Assembly (NCBI GenBank): GCA_053919585.1
Contig: CM132792.1
Reading direction: 5' to 3' (one strand)
Length of the DNA stretch: 64,000 nt
Source of the DNA: Euprymna scolopes
Taxonomy: Eukaryota
The position numbers were made by a program, and so were the translations under genes. This document shows positions 25,765 to 38,409 of the stretch, piece after piece (the first letter of the stretch is position 1; the number at the start of each line of letters is the position of its first letter). Under the pieces are notes generated by a model, which made no database searches, was not told where the DNA came from, and worked only from the letters and a program-made list of their open reading frames with translations.

Positions 25765-26700
25765 TAGTTTTCACACAGCCCATCATCAAAGATTGCTCAC
25801 TGATGACAACCTGTGGTGTTCCCTGGAGTCTGGGTGACAACAATCTCTCCAGACTTCTAGTATTCGCCACCTCTTTCGATAACCTTTGCAGATGTATTTG
25901 CATTATTGCAATAGCCGTTTGCCATTAACTCCTTGATGGTAATGATCATTGATCATCACTGGAATCTGTGTGTCAATAAGCCTCATCTATGTTCCAGACG
26001 TCTTCGCACATATGGAATGGATGTCCACTCAGTGCTTCCCCTCCTCGATCTTTCCATATTCCTTCACCTTTCGACTATTTGGTATGATGCCAGTCAATGC
26101 TTACTCCTCGAATGTTTTATGTTCCAGGGTGCATGTAGACAATTTACGATTTTGCGGTTCCCGTTTTCTTAGTTACATCCATTTGTTTCACATCTATTGG
26201 CGTTTCTATTTGCCTGTTCATCATTTTTCTCCAATGTGGATTAAGACTCGAGGGGTTTCCTTAAGATTTCAAATGTTTTCAGCATTATCGCTTGTTGCAT
26301 AGTCTCAGTCTTCCAATCGATTCCGATTTCTCATAATCAGTTTTCTTGTCAAATTCTTTGGGACTGTTCTATAGTGCCCCTACAATAACTTAACAGTCAT
26401 ATTATATTGGTTTCCTGTAAGTTCAATATTCAGTTCAGTTTTCCGGCAAGTTCTGCATATTTGGTTTATTTTTCTTTATCTTTCATTGTCACCCTGTGGT
26501 CTGCTGGGTAAAATTTACAATTTGGTAGTTTCTTTCTTTCTTCTTAAGTATTATGAAGGCTATTCTTGTTTGGCTCAATTCATCTGTTTGTGTCTCTGTG
26601 TTTTTTGTGGTTTTCGTAGTAGATGTCGGAAAAGAGTATCTGTTATAGCTATTTTTCTCCGGTCTATTTCTATTTTTAATTCTCTGCCTGTTACATTTAT
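25765..26700 (-). mobile_element. R4/Dong-like (restriction-like endonuclease) LINE 3' relic
   Basis: The minus strand reads IAFIILKKKERNYQIVNF (PD..I.KK..C.IVD region) and IVGAL-TVPKNL, ending at a (TAA/TAG)n-type tail at ~25710-25745. A similar 3' end lies at ~38345-38390. Confidence 0.6.
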
Positions 26701-27449
26701 CCAGACTTTGTATACATGCAAAATTAAATGTAGTATAAACCAAAGTACTGCTGAACAATTACCTACTTAGAATGTCTCCTTTAACACTTGCAATATCATT
26801 TATTTTACAAAGTTTATTTCATTAGCTTTTCACATTGATTATTTGTTTGGTGTAAATGAAAATTCAATAAAATATATTTCGGAAAAAATTTACAGTTTTC
26901 TTTCTAGTGAAACATAACAAAAACTTAGTAATCTGCTTCCTCCACATTTGTCTCGTTTATTGCTTAATTTTTTAAACGTGTATTTCATCCAAAAAATGTG
27001 TTTTTCATTTGACATGTCAAAGTCTAAGCGGCTTTAACAATTACTGAAGTAGATTCCATGTTTTAGACATTCATTTAATCAAGTATATTTTTATCTTTGT
27101 TTTATTTTTCTTAGACACCAATTTTCTTTAAATTCAAAAAAATACTTCGTAAATATTTTTAGCTTTCATTGACCAGTACCTAATTTATAGACGTCTCTGA
27201 GCGGAAGGTTTGGAGGGTTTTTTTTCTGATAGCGTTCACAAGGACTACGAGGGACGAACAATATAAGACAAAAATAACAGATCATATTATTAATATCCTA
27301 AATAATAGTTGCATCCTATTCATGGTTTCTAAGGTACTTTGTCTATTTCCAAATTTAATTTTTTACCAACGCTTTCAAACAAGTTTTCATTTTAAATAAA
27401 CTATAACAATTTCTTACATGATTTTTGATTAGCATTATATCCCAAACAA

Positions 27450-28390
27450 GGCAAAGTGCTATTATTTGAGACAAAATATACAAAGATACTCTATGAAGTT
27501 AGGCAGTCAAAGAAGCACGGACTCGGACAGAATTCTAAGGATTAGCAGTAAGAGCGAAGAAGCTATTTGAGTAGAAGGCTTTACGGCATCTCTACAGTAG
27601 AATAGTGGATTTTGCTAGTTGACGGGTTTGCCAAGGGAATATACGTCCAGGGAAAACAAGTGTTCGAAGTTTTCAGAGCACATTCCATTAAAATTATTTT
27701 TAAATAGGCGCAGGGATGCTACATTTTGACGGTAGGACGGAGGCTGGAGTTTGGTTACAAATGAAGAACTAATTAGGCTGGTTACTCATTTTTGGCTACT
27801 GTCCTGGAGAGAGTGACTAGTGAAAGATGCACGAGCTCAGATCTTGCAAAGAATACTCCATGCATGAGCGAACAGTGGTTTTGTCGTGGTACAGGAATCA
27901 GTCACTTTTAGGACGATAATAACAGCTCACCTTCATCCCATCGGTCTTGGCAATTACCTCAATGTATTTCTTCTAATTCATATATTTTGTGAATGCTAAG
28001 CCTGGAAGTTAAAACGAAGTACTTTAAGCTAGTGTGTCATTAACCGTAGCAATCGGCTGCTGCAAACGTTTCTTAAACAAACAAAAGAACTTAGTCTTGG
28101 GAGCATTACACATTTCCAACCATTCACAGATTGATTGCACTACATACTGGCGGTCTTCCCCTATGTTTTATCTGTCTCCTTAGATACGTGTTCATTCGTT
28201 TTCTTTTCGGATCTGTTATAAAGCGTAGCGTTATTAGTCAATATACTTATCTCAAAAACAATTTCATCACAGAGGTAATTTATGATTATCAGGAATAAGC
28301 AAGTCCAAGACTTAACCGCTGTAATACACCTGCGTCTATATTATATTCTCTTGGCGTGCGACCATCAGGGACAAACCTGATTTTTCTGTT
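27450..28390 (-). mobile_element. CR1/L2-group LINE RT relic
   Basis: Reads IRFVPDG..REYNIDAGVLQRLSLG (NAGVPQGS.LG motif) and CNAPKTKF, with a downstream RTS.LWN-like region. Confidence 0.55.
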
Positions 28391-28399
28391 CTTTAATGA

Positions 28400-29550
28400 T
28401 TTAATCAAATATTCGTGCAATAATAGTATATATGATCTAATTTTAATTACACTGAGAAGTGAGATGCCACGGTTATTATTGCAATCCCTTCTTGAAACTT
28501 TGGTTTTGAAAAGTGTTGTAATTTTTGCATCTTTGAAATATTGTGGAACAGTTTTGTGGGCCCAACAGTTGAGGATAAGCCGATAGATGTATTCGCTAAG
28601 AACCTCTGAGCGTGCTTCGAGGAGCTCAGCGGATATTCCGTCTTCACCTGCTGCTTTATTGCTGCGGAAAGCAAATATTACTTTGGCTACCTCTTGGATC
28701 GTTTGTTCTTTGTCTAGTTTATTTAAAGTTGGGAAAGGATTGATTGACTGGATGGCCTGGTGGGACACGTTGCTGTCACCATTATACAAGTCAGTGCACT
28801 GCTCAATCTATCGATTTAATTTCTCAGAATTACCCATGATCGTCGTACCGTCTTTACGCTGAAGGATACGAAGTGATTGCATGGAGGGCCCTAATGCCGA
28901 CTGTATTTCCAGAGTACATTCCTCGAATGTCTCCTCCATCATGGGATGTTTCAATTGTAGAGCAAAGAGAATCCCAATAGACCTTCACACCTTTTCTAGT
29001 TACCCTTTGAGCTTCAGCACTACACTTCCTGTGGTATTCTTTTAAATTTTCTAGTAAGTCTGATTTTATGGGAGAGAAGGGCATGTTTTTTCAAGAACTA
29101 GCGGAATGGTCGGATTTAAGGCAGAAGACCAATCTAGGGTTTTCCTGGCCTGTTTCCCAAACACATTAATTACATAGTCTTGGATTGATTTCTTCATTGT
29201 AGTCCAGTGCTGTTCTGGATCTTTTGCCCCGTCTGTGGTTGTTTTCTTTTCAGACAAGGTTTCGAGGAACTCATCTCATTTGGAGGGAATGCAAGTTTTT
29301 GAGAGGTTAATCTTAAGCGATTTAACACTTCTCTGATGGTAGGGCTTTCCCTGGAGCACCATTCGAGACACCACAATGCTGTGATCTGTCAGTTAAGTTC
29401 ATGCCAACATGAGGATGATCTTGAATTACGCCAAGACACCTTATCAAAACAGTTACCTGGGAATTGTGTTTGTGATGATTAAGCTGTTTCTGAAGCCGAG
29501 CTACAGGAGGTTTTGCCCATTTTCATTTATTCTTCTAACTTCAATGTGCT
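28400..29550 (-). mobile_element. RTE (BovB-like) LINE relic: APE C-terminus, linker and RT N-terminus
   Basis: Reads KVSWRNSRSSSCWHEL (HPRS..WH), YWDSLCSTIETSHDGGDIRGMYSG, NKAAGEDGISAELL and VPQYFKDAKITTLFK..RRDCNNNRGISLLSV. Confidence 0.85.
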
Positions 29551-29839
29551 CACATTTATCTAAAACATTTAAAATACTCCAATAGTAAGGTTAATTGTAA
29601 AATCTATATTTATAGAAGTATTATTCATGACTTATATAAGTATTTATTTTGTCCATATGTCCCTTTGTATGTCAAAATTCATGAAACTTGCTATAACCGG
29701 TAATTGGAACTTAAAATGTAAGACATCTGCAGATGTCTCGAATTCAACCAACTTAGCTGATTAGAAAAAATTTAAAATACTTTAATATCCACAAACAATT
29801 TATTTAGATTAACTATGATTTGGTTTAAAATGTTTTATA

Positions 29840-30545
29840 CAGGGTCGGCTAATCAATCGGGATTTTTTTTTAAATAAATAACTTATTGAGAAAATAGATT
29901 TTAGAAACTTTCTTCTACATAAATTGATGGAATCTACATTCTTTACCATTTTTTAAATGAAGACGCAATGGAAGGTAGCATTGTGGGAGAGAGGGTTAAC
30001 TAACTTCAGACCGCAGTAAATCATGGAACAATGGATCGTGAGGATCAAGTATTGGCCGGAGGAAAACCCTTGTTTGCTTCATGAGAAGCCCCTTTATGAT
30101 CAGAAAGTAACTGTATTGTGCGCTAAGTCTGCAAAAGGCATTATCGGTCGATTTTTATGAACATGAGGTTGGTAATCAGTCACTGTAAATGCTAAGAGCT
30201 AGGTTGAGATGATAACTTGTTCATTCCTTAACTTGCCCGTTTTGCAGTGGATGAGACAAAATTTTTCCGACAAGATGGAGCTACAAGTCATACGACAAGA
30301 ATATCCATCGATGCCTTTAATGCTTTATTTAAAAGTCGTGTCATTTCTTGCAAGAAAAATATCCCTTCACCGATTTGAGTGCTTGTGACTATTTTATAGA
30401 AATTATCTTAAAACGAAAGTATTCGAAAGTAACCTACCTAGAACAGTTCTGGCTCTCAAAAGAACGCATTGCAATCGAGATTTAGGCAATACCGGTAAAT
30501 ATGCTGCAAGAAGTCACGGTGAACGTTTCATTTGATAGACGCGAG
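29840..30545 (+). mobile_element. Tc1/mariner-superfamily (maT/rosa-like) transposase relic
   Basis: Starts TA|CAGGGT. Reads LHEKPLYDQKVTVLCAKSAKGIIGRF, FRQDGATSHTTR, DLSACDYF and YLKTKVF. Confidence 0.8.
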
Positions 30546-31043
30546 CTGTTTAATCAGTTTCTGGCTTGGATTGAAATAAGAAAATTGTGCGAATTTACTT
30601 TTTTTCATGCTGTATTCAACGTTCGGAAAAAAGACATACTTATTTTTAAACGATTGTAATTTAAATGTTTAGATAGGGCACGAAAACGCTCTTTAAAGTG
30701 AGACATAAAATAAAATACTCTAATAGAAACGGTAATTGTAAAAGAAAACTTACTTGAAAATACATCATTTGAAATCAAAATTAAAAATCCTGCAAGAACT
30801 TTCTTCTCAACCAAATACGTTACATTCATGTGTAGTTTTCATTCTTCCATTATAAGATGATGCCGTCATAGTTGATTATTGAACAAACTATTTATTCAAA
30901 CAATTTTCAAACTGATGTGAGAGGGTTAATGCAAGTAATATTTAGTATATTAACCTTAGAGAGACAGATGAAGAGAGACAACGAAAGAAGTAACCATGGT
31001 GCCACCTTTAGGATTAGAAATATCGTCTTACAATAGTTGATAA

Positions 31044-31746
31044 CCAGCGAGATCAATGTAAATTCCACAGGGGACTCACCCATATGTAATATATTGATGT
31101 TGACATTCTATAGATGTTCAGTGTAAATGGAAATACTCTGATATTATTGTAGCTCTTTTGATAAAATTGCAAAAATATTTATCGTAGCTAGCAATGCGCC
31201 CGGCAAACCTCGGCCGTAAAGTACGCTTAAATATGATATTTTAATTCTTGGAGATTGCATATATATGATTAAAGAGTTAATGTTCTATTGATTTTTGCAT
31301 ATTTTAAAGTAGCGATTTCAAAAATAAAAAAATATATCCATATGACTTGGGTGCATTAGCTTGAATCAAAACCGAAATACAAACATCTGAAAAAATATAT
31401 GTGTGTATATATAACTTGAGTTCCTTCAGCCATACTCGAAACCGAAACCAAAATATATGAGGTATTCCTGATAAATATATTTATCAAAAAAAATATAGAT
31501 TACTGGAGTGCCATCAGTTATAATCGAAATCGAAATCAAAACTTATGAAGAATTCTTGATTAAATTATTTATAAAAAAATAGATGATTTAAGTGGCATCA
31601 GCTATAGTCAAAAGCGAAACCAAAACTTATGAAGAATGCTGGGTAAAATCATTTATGACAAAAAATGGAAGCACATAACAATTAAACGATCTGGATGTAC
31701 GTGTGACACGGGAAATAACACACACGCTATCTTATTAATACATAGA
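31044..31746 (-). mobile_element. complete non-autonomous Helitron (family H1)
   Basis: The minus strand begins A|TCTATGTATTAATAAGATAGCGTGTG and ends TGTGGAATTTACA...CTGG|T. This gives TC...CTRR termini at an A|T site, with internal tandem subrepeats (GGTTTCG..TTCGA.TATAGCTGA). Confidence 0.85.
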
Positions 31747-32369
31747 TACTTCTACAACGTCTTGTCTGAATAAGAAAGAAACATATAAGAAGCACGCCGA
31801 GCTCAGAATAAAAACAAAGCATTACGTCATTTAAAACACGACTGAATGAATATACTGCGGCGTTCGCAATTAAACTAGATATCCCAGTTTAATTAACATC
31901 ACTGTTTATTTTTGCGTAAAAACTTTCACGTATGTAATTCTGCGATTATTAAAACAGCTGTTTTATTTTAATGTTAGTTTCTCAAGTAAGCCAGCGTTTT
32001 AATTTTGTATACAACCAAATACTTCCCACACAGGGTGTTTTAGAAGAAATCACAATAAATACAAAAATGCCCGAGTTAATGTGATTTTCATTATTTTATT
32101 TAAGACATAATCGCCATTAAGAACACATTAAAGAAAAACTAAAACTGCGTAGAATTTTTTACAAATCGCTGCCGAATGCTATACGTAGAGCTTATATCCA
32201 AAACCATATTATTAAATCCTTTCTCAAATATATTTGTTTCGGAATATTTTTGTTTATGTCTGGTGATTATTCTCTATAAAATACAATTTTTGTTGTCACT
32301 TCTCTTGTATATGTGTACATGTTTGTTGTGTGAAATGTGCCTTTTCCTCATTTAAAGTTTTGTTTTTTA

Positions 32370-32800
32370 CATGGAGGTCACCACTTATCAAAGCCCAGAT
32401 GCTACTTGAGGATAAGAGTTAATGGGTATACATTAGTCATTGTGATTTTAGTGTAGTATTTATTAGTGGAAATGTTATAACTTGGATTACTTAGGGGCCC
32501 GGTTCAATAAAACTTGGTCATGTTGGACTTGAAGGCAATCAGATTGTAGTCAGCTGGAAAACAGGAAACGGAATAGAGTTCCACAGGCCAGCAGTTCTAA
32601 GAAAAAAAGCCCTGTTCATAGAATCTAGGTATAGATGTAGGCATAGGTGTGGGAAATTGTTGATAGTGGTTTTGGTTAGACGAGTGTTTTTCGTGAAAGT
32701 CTCGCGAGGGGGAACCATAGATAGAAGTTAAGATGAGCACCTGCCATGAAAATAACGATAAAGCAGAGACAAGCTCGCAACATCTCTTCTGTGGGTTAAT
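32370..32800 (-). mobile_element. CR1/L2-group LINE 3' end
   Basis: The minus strand reads FFLRTAGLWNSIPFPVFPADYNL. Homologous to 44439-44762. Confidence 0.75.
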
Positions 32801-33509
32801 CGTTTATTAATCGTAAAGGTAATTCAGTAAAGTTAGTTTATAGAAAATTAAATTAAAAAACTCCTGTTGACAAAAATTTATATATTTAAAACATTCAAAA
32901 AAGTCTACGAAATAATTTGTTTTGCAACCAATCGGCATTTAAAAGCAACTTGTAAACATGCCAAGTTTGAACAACCGAGAAGTAAGTCATTTATTGCTTT
33001 ACATTTCTTATAAAAGTATGCATAGAATAACAGAAACAATGTTCTAAAAAATGTTGACAAATTAGTTTTTTTAGCAAAGAGGATTTTCCTCTTTAATAAC
33101 TCGATCTTATCGTAAGAAGTTCATTTAACTTTCAAATTTAGATTTTAAAATAGTTAACTACCTTTAAATAAAAGCATTAGATTTGAGTAAAAAGATAAAT
33201 TACAGTTTTAATAAGAAATATTTCTGTACATCTGAAACAAGCAATCCGTATATATAAATCTCGTATATAAAAGGAAAATAATTTGGTTCACTCCTCCATT
33301 ATTATTACCCGTCTTACATTCAGATTAGAGAGTTTGTCTTCAACCTACTAGTAAAGCAGTTTTCCAGAAGACCCCTTACATAACTACATACTTACAAAAA
33401 ATGAGCCGAACAGATTTAAGCAATACGCAATACTAACATAAACAGGTGCACATGCAGAAAACGACCCCCAGATATGCACATATACATACACATATACAAA
33501 GACCCCTCA

Positions 33510-33569
<60 letters not shown>

Positions 33570-34809
33570 GTCAGTTTGTGTGAATTACAATCATTAGTTT
33601 TCTTCGAAATTATCTACGCATATGCTTTGTAAAATTAATGCTTATAAGTAATAAATTATTGCATATATGAATATTTTATGATCAACATTTACAGTGCACG
33701 ATCAAACATTGAGTTAAATTGTAAAATTGTTTTGTTCAAATTAATGGGACAAATCTTCGAACAGATCACATTAGTTAATCAACTACGTAGCATTTACTTC
33801 TTCCTTATGTGAAAATAAATTAATCCAAATCATTTAATAGCCAGAATATGTAAACAACAATTGACATTTGTCTCAAAGACAGATGCCGTAGTGATAAAAA
33901 TTTAGATACGGAAAAAATGAGAGCTTAATAACTACTATCTCTTGCTCACACACTTGCATGAAACTACAGATAACGCTGGTTGAATATTGGACTTTATAAA
34001 TCAGAGTAGGATTAATATTTCTAACCTACACAAACAAACGGTTTATTCACTAAAATAACCTCTGTGTTTTTCTAAGTTTATGCATATAAATTTGCGATGT
34101 TCTATAAGAATACGAGCAAGGATATCCAGTTCAATTGAAATCAAAACAGAACAAGCGCGAATATGTCTTATCATATAGTTTATTGTGAATTTTATACATT
34201 GGGTCTTTCTGTTTGTAATGTAATAAAGCTTAAGCTTGAAAAAAAAAACAAAGTGTGAAGAAAATACTATGGCGGATCTATATTTCACAAACCGGTAAAA
34301 CTTTATAAGTACGTTTTATATATTACAGTATTAAAATGTATATTATGTAACTCGTATTATTTGAATGCTTCGAATCCCTGTTAATTGTGATTTGTAGAAC
34401 GTTTTGAAAGATAAAATATCTTGTCATTCTGCAACTGTATCTTGCCAAACTCGAAAATCTTTCTCTTGAACTGGAGAATCTTTTTGTCGACATAGGAAAT
34501 CATTTTTTGAACTAAGAATTTGCACTCAATATTAAACGGAACTATTTATTTAATATATCGTTTTGTATCCTCTTGTCCCGTCAGCGTTGACTGAGCAGAA
34601 GTCCGAAGTAATTGGCAATTGCATTTTAAGTGTCGTCTGCACTGAGCACTGGACTTTAAGATGTAGAAAAGTTACAACTGAATTTGACCAAGTCCTCTAA
34701 ACAATACACCACGGGTCATGACAGCGACCAAATCTTTTGAAAATAACACAGGAAACCGTCGAATTCAAATCATATGAATACCCAATGCTTATAATAAAAA
34801 TTCAGAAAT

Positions 34810-34923
34810 ATATTTTTCTTCATAAGTCTTGGTTTGGGTGTCGATTTTAGTCTATATTTTTATAAATACTTTTATCAAAAATTCTTCATAAGTTTTGGTT
34901 TCGGTTTCGATTATAGCTGAAGG

Positions 34924-34975
<52 letters not shown>

Positions 34976-35317
34976 GTTTAGGGATTCAGTTTCGATTCAA
35001 GCTGATGAACACAACTCATATAGATATATTTTTAATTTTTGTAATCGCAAATTTATAATACAAAAAATCGATTAAACATTTACTCTATAATAATATATAC
35101 GAAATATATCAGAATTAAAATATCATATTTAAGCGTATTTTACGACCGGGCTTTGCCAGGCGTTTATGCTAGCTTGGTTTTATACTTTTTCAATTTAACA
35201 AAAAAAAGCTACAATAATGTCAGAGCGTCTCTATTTACACTGAACATTTACAGAATGACAACATCAATATATTAGATATGAATGAGTCCACTGTGGAATT
35301 TGCACAGGTGCCGCTAT
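34810..35317 (+). mobile_element. Helitron H1, 5'-truncated, containing (TA)n
   Basis: Colinear with 3960-4330 and with the 31 kb copy. Ends TGTGGAATTTGCACAGGTGCCGCTA. Confidence 0.8.
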
Positions 35318-35855
35318 TAAAAACGAAATATTATTAAATTTTAAAGGGTAAAACATATAAAATATTCTCTTTGAACTTAATAAAAAATAATATTTAAAGC
35401 ATATGCGTGTAAACCAACAAATTCAAACAACATTAGATTTGACTACCGACGTTTAAAGTGACAAATTGGCGAAAATAGTACGTGACGTTTTGTTATTAAG
35501 GGACAAAATCATAAAACAATCTAAAGCTAGAAAAAAGCGACACTGTAATATGAAACACTAAAAAAATAAAAATCAGAACAGCATCCCATTAATATATATT
35601 ATTTAAGACATAAAATTGAAAGTTACAAATCCGCAGAAAATCTTAGTAAATATTGCAATTTACAACCGATGAATTGCTATTAATAACGTAAGCTTTTAAA
35701 GTGGAAAAGGGGTATTTGAACCTTAAGGTTAGCAAACAAACATACGATTTAATAACCAACACTTACAAACCGAGGTGGATTGTGAGAACCCGACGTTAAG
35801 ATTAAAAATCGACAGAAAACAATGTTTAATTTTCAAGATTTCATGAATATAATAT

Positions 35856-36270
35856 TCAAGCATAAAATACATAAGAATTAAATCCATTAAACGTCTTAAA
35901 CTGATAAAAATTATCAAGCATAAAATGCATACGAATAAAATTCATTAAAAATGTGAAACTGAAAAAACAATATTCAAGCATAAAATACATAAAAATTAAA
36001 TCCATTAAAAGTGTGAAACTGACAAAAACTATCAAGCATAAAATACATACGAATAAAATCCATTAAATAGTGAAACTGTAAAAAAATAATATCCAAGCAT
36101 GAAATATGTAATAATGAAATCCATTAAAAGTGTGAAACTGAGAAAAATTATCAAGCATAAAATGCATACGAATAAAATCCATTAGAAAAATAATATTCAA
36201 ACATAAATACATAAAAATGAAAGCCATTAAAAGTGTGAAACCGACAAAAAAAATATTAGAAGCATTAAAT
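35856..36270. repeat. ~59-bp minisatellite, 7 units
   Basis: Consensus TCAAGCATAAAATACATA...AAATCCATTAAAAGTGTGAAACTGA.AAAAA.TA, with units starting at ~35856, 35914, 35974, 36032, 36092, 36151 and 36197. Confidence 0.9.
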
Positions 36271-36941
36271 ATGTGCTACAGTTCCAGAAGACTAAGGATA
36301 CGCATAGGGGTTAGAACGGCAAAATATATTTTAACAAAACAATATACAAAATGCGACAGTCGTAACATATACCGTCAAGATGGCACAGGGAGAAGTACAC
36401 AGACCAGTATTTATCACACTCCCCCAACGAGAGGATCTGACGTAAAGCTGAAAGATAGGAAAATGGGGCAATGCTCCAAGAGGAAGATCAAAAAGGAAAA
36501 AATAAGTTAGAACGCCAGGAGGCAAGGCCTGGAGGGTGGGCCGCCTAGTGCTATGCGGAACATGTTTTAATCCGAGAGCAAAAAAAAAAAAATTGAAATT
36601 ACTCGATTTCTGCCAAATTGATTGTTGATGACAGAAGCTCAACTTCCGTTGACTGCAAAAGTACACTGACCAGTATTAACGACTCTCCCACCTCAAGAGG
36701 ATATGGCACAAGATCGGAAGTTTTTACTGTTAGGTTCTATTTGATTGAGGACAGACGTCTCTTTGGGCTACTACGCTATCCCCCCAAAATTCATTATTTC
36801 AACTGTTTTGAAGACTTTCCAATCGGATTATATGCATCGTCACGCTGGACTTATTTTGGTCTTCATTCTCTCTAAAGAACTATTTTGCATTTCGGATCAA
36901 ATTGAGAGGGTTTTCATACAAGCTGAAATAATAAGCGCGGT

Positions 36942-37017
<76 letters not shown>

Positions 37018-38409
37018 TACATATCCAACATTTTTTCAATTTTTATTTTGCAATTTATAACTGCAATAAATTTAAGTTCCACTTAATGCCTTAACTAGCA
37101 AATTCTTGCATTGCTACCAATATAATTTGCTGATTTCTCTGATGAGAAGAATAACAAGAATAGTATTCTTTGAAACTCCGCGGAATAAGGACGTTGTAAA
37201 TTGTTTTTGGAGTATTCAGTCGAACAATAAATTTTGATTGTAAAGTTCAACTTACAGTTTCAATTTTCTTTCTCTTATAATAATCTCTACTCTCTTTTGC
37301 GTATTGAGCTTTTTTATTCGGTTGGGATTAAATGCTCTATATATAAATACTGTTATTTATATTAGCTTGAAGTTTACCATTGCGTATATCAGGTAAACAC
37401 TACATTCCTTTGTTTTAATTTATCTACACGCACACACACGCACACACACACACACACATATATATATATACGCACATTTATATGTTTGTATACAACATAT
37501 CTNNNNNNNNNNNNNNNNNNNNNNNNNNNNNNNNNNNNNNNNNNNNNNNNNNNNNNNNNNNNNNNNNNNNNNNNNNNNNNNNNNNNNNNNNNNNNNNNNN
37601 NNNNNNNNNNNNNNNNNNNNNNNNNNNNNNNNNNNNNNNNNNNNNNNNNNNNNNNNNNNNNNNNNNNNNNNNNNNNNNNNNNNNNNNNNNNNNNNNAGAA
37701 AAGCTGTACTAAACTTAAGCAATATACGCGAAATACAGAAAATTATTTTGATGTTTGGAGACAAAAAATATGCAAAAACATTTCTTTTAACAAAACGAAA
37801 ATTGTCTGCAATAACAGAATAATCTTATGGTTCTTTATAAATCACGTCAGCTATTCGCTATTGTTAACAATTATTAAAATCAGTTTGTTTTACCTTTCAT
37901 TTCTTTTATTTATAAATGGACGATATCGCAATGAATACACAATTGAATATCATGAATATTTCTGAAAAAATTTGACATAATAAATATTTAATACTCGCTC
38001 TCACTGCAATGCTGCTATGCACATTTAGTTCCATTTTTTGTAACGCCTGCATTAGACATGTTTAAAAAATTAAATGTATTCTGATTACTGTTTTCTTATG
38101 TTCTATTTTAAGCCTGCATCTTTTATATTAGTGTTATATAATATTGAATAATTTCGGAAAAACAAGAAACTCTTGGTACATTCTGCATCGATTAAATTAA
38201 AAAATATTTTGAATATTGTTTCTTAGCATTAAATAAAGTTACGTAATATTATTATTCTTTTTACTGTTATTATTACTATTATTACTTTATTATTGTTATT
38301 GTTATTATTATTATTATTGTTATTATTATTATTATTATTATTATTCAATAGGAGTTTTCATACTGACCATCATCAAAGATCTCATCGTCCAGTAAGTTCT
38401 GTGCACTGA

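Noticed and set aside
35856-36270. CRISPR-like periodicity
   Set aside because: Whole units are repeated with no unique spacers, the context is eukaryotic and there are no cas genes.
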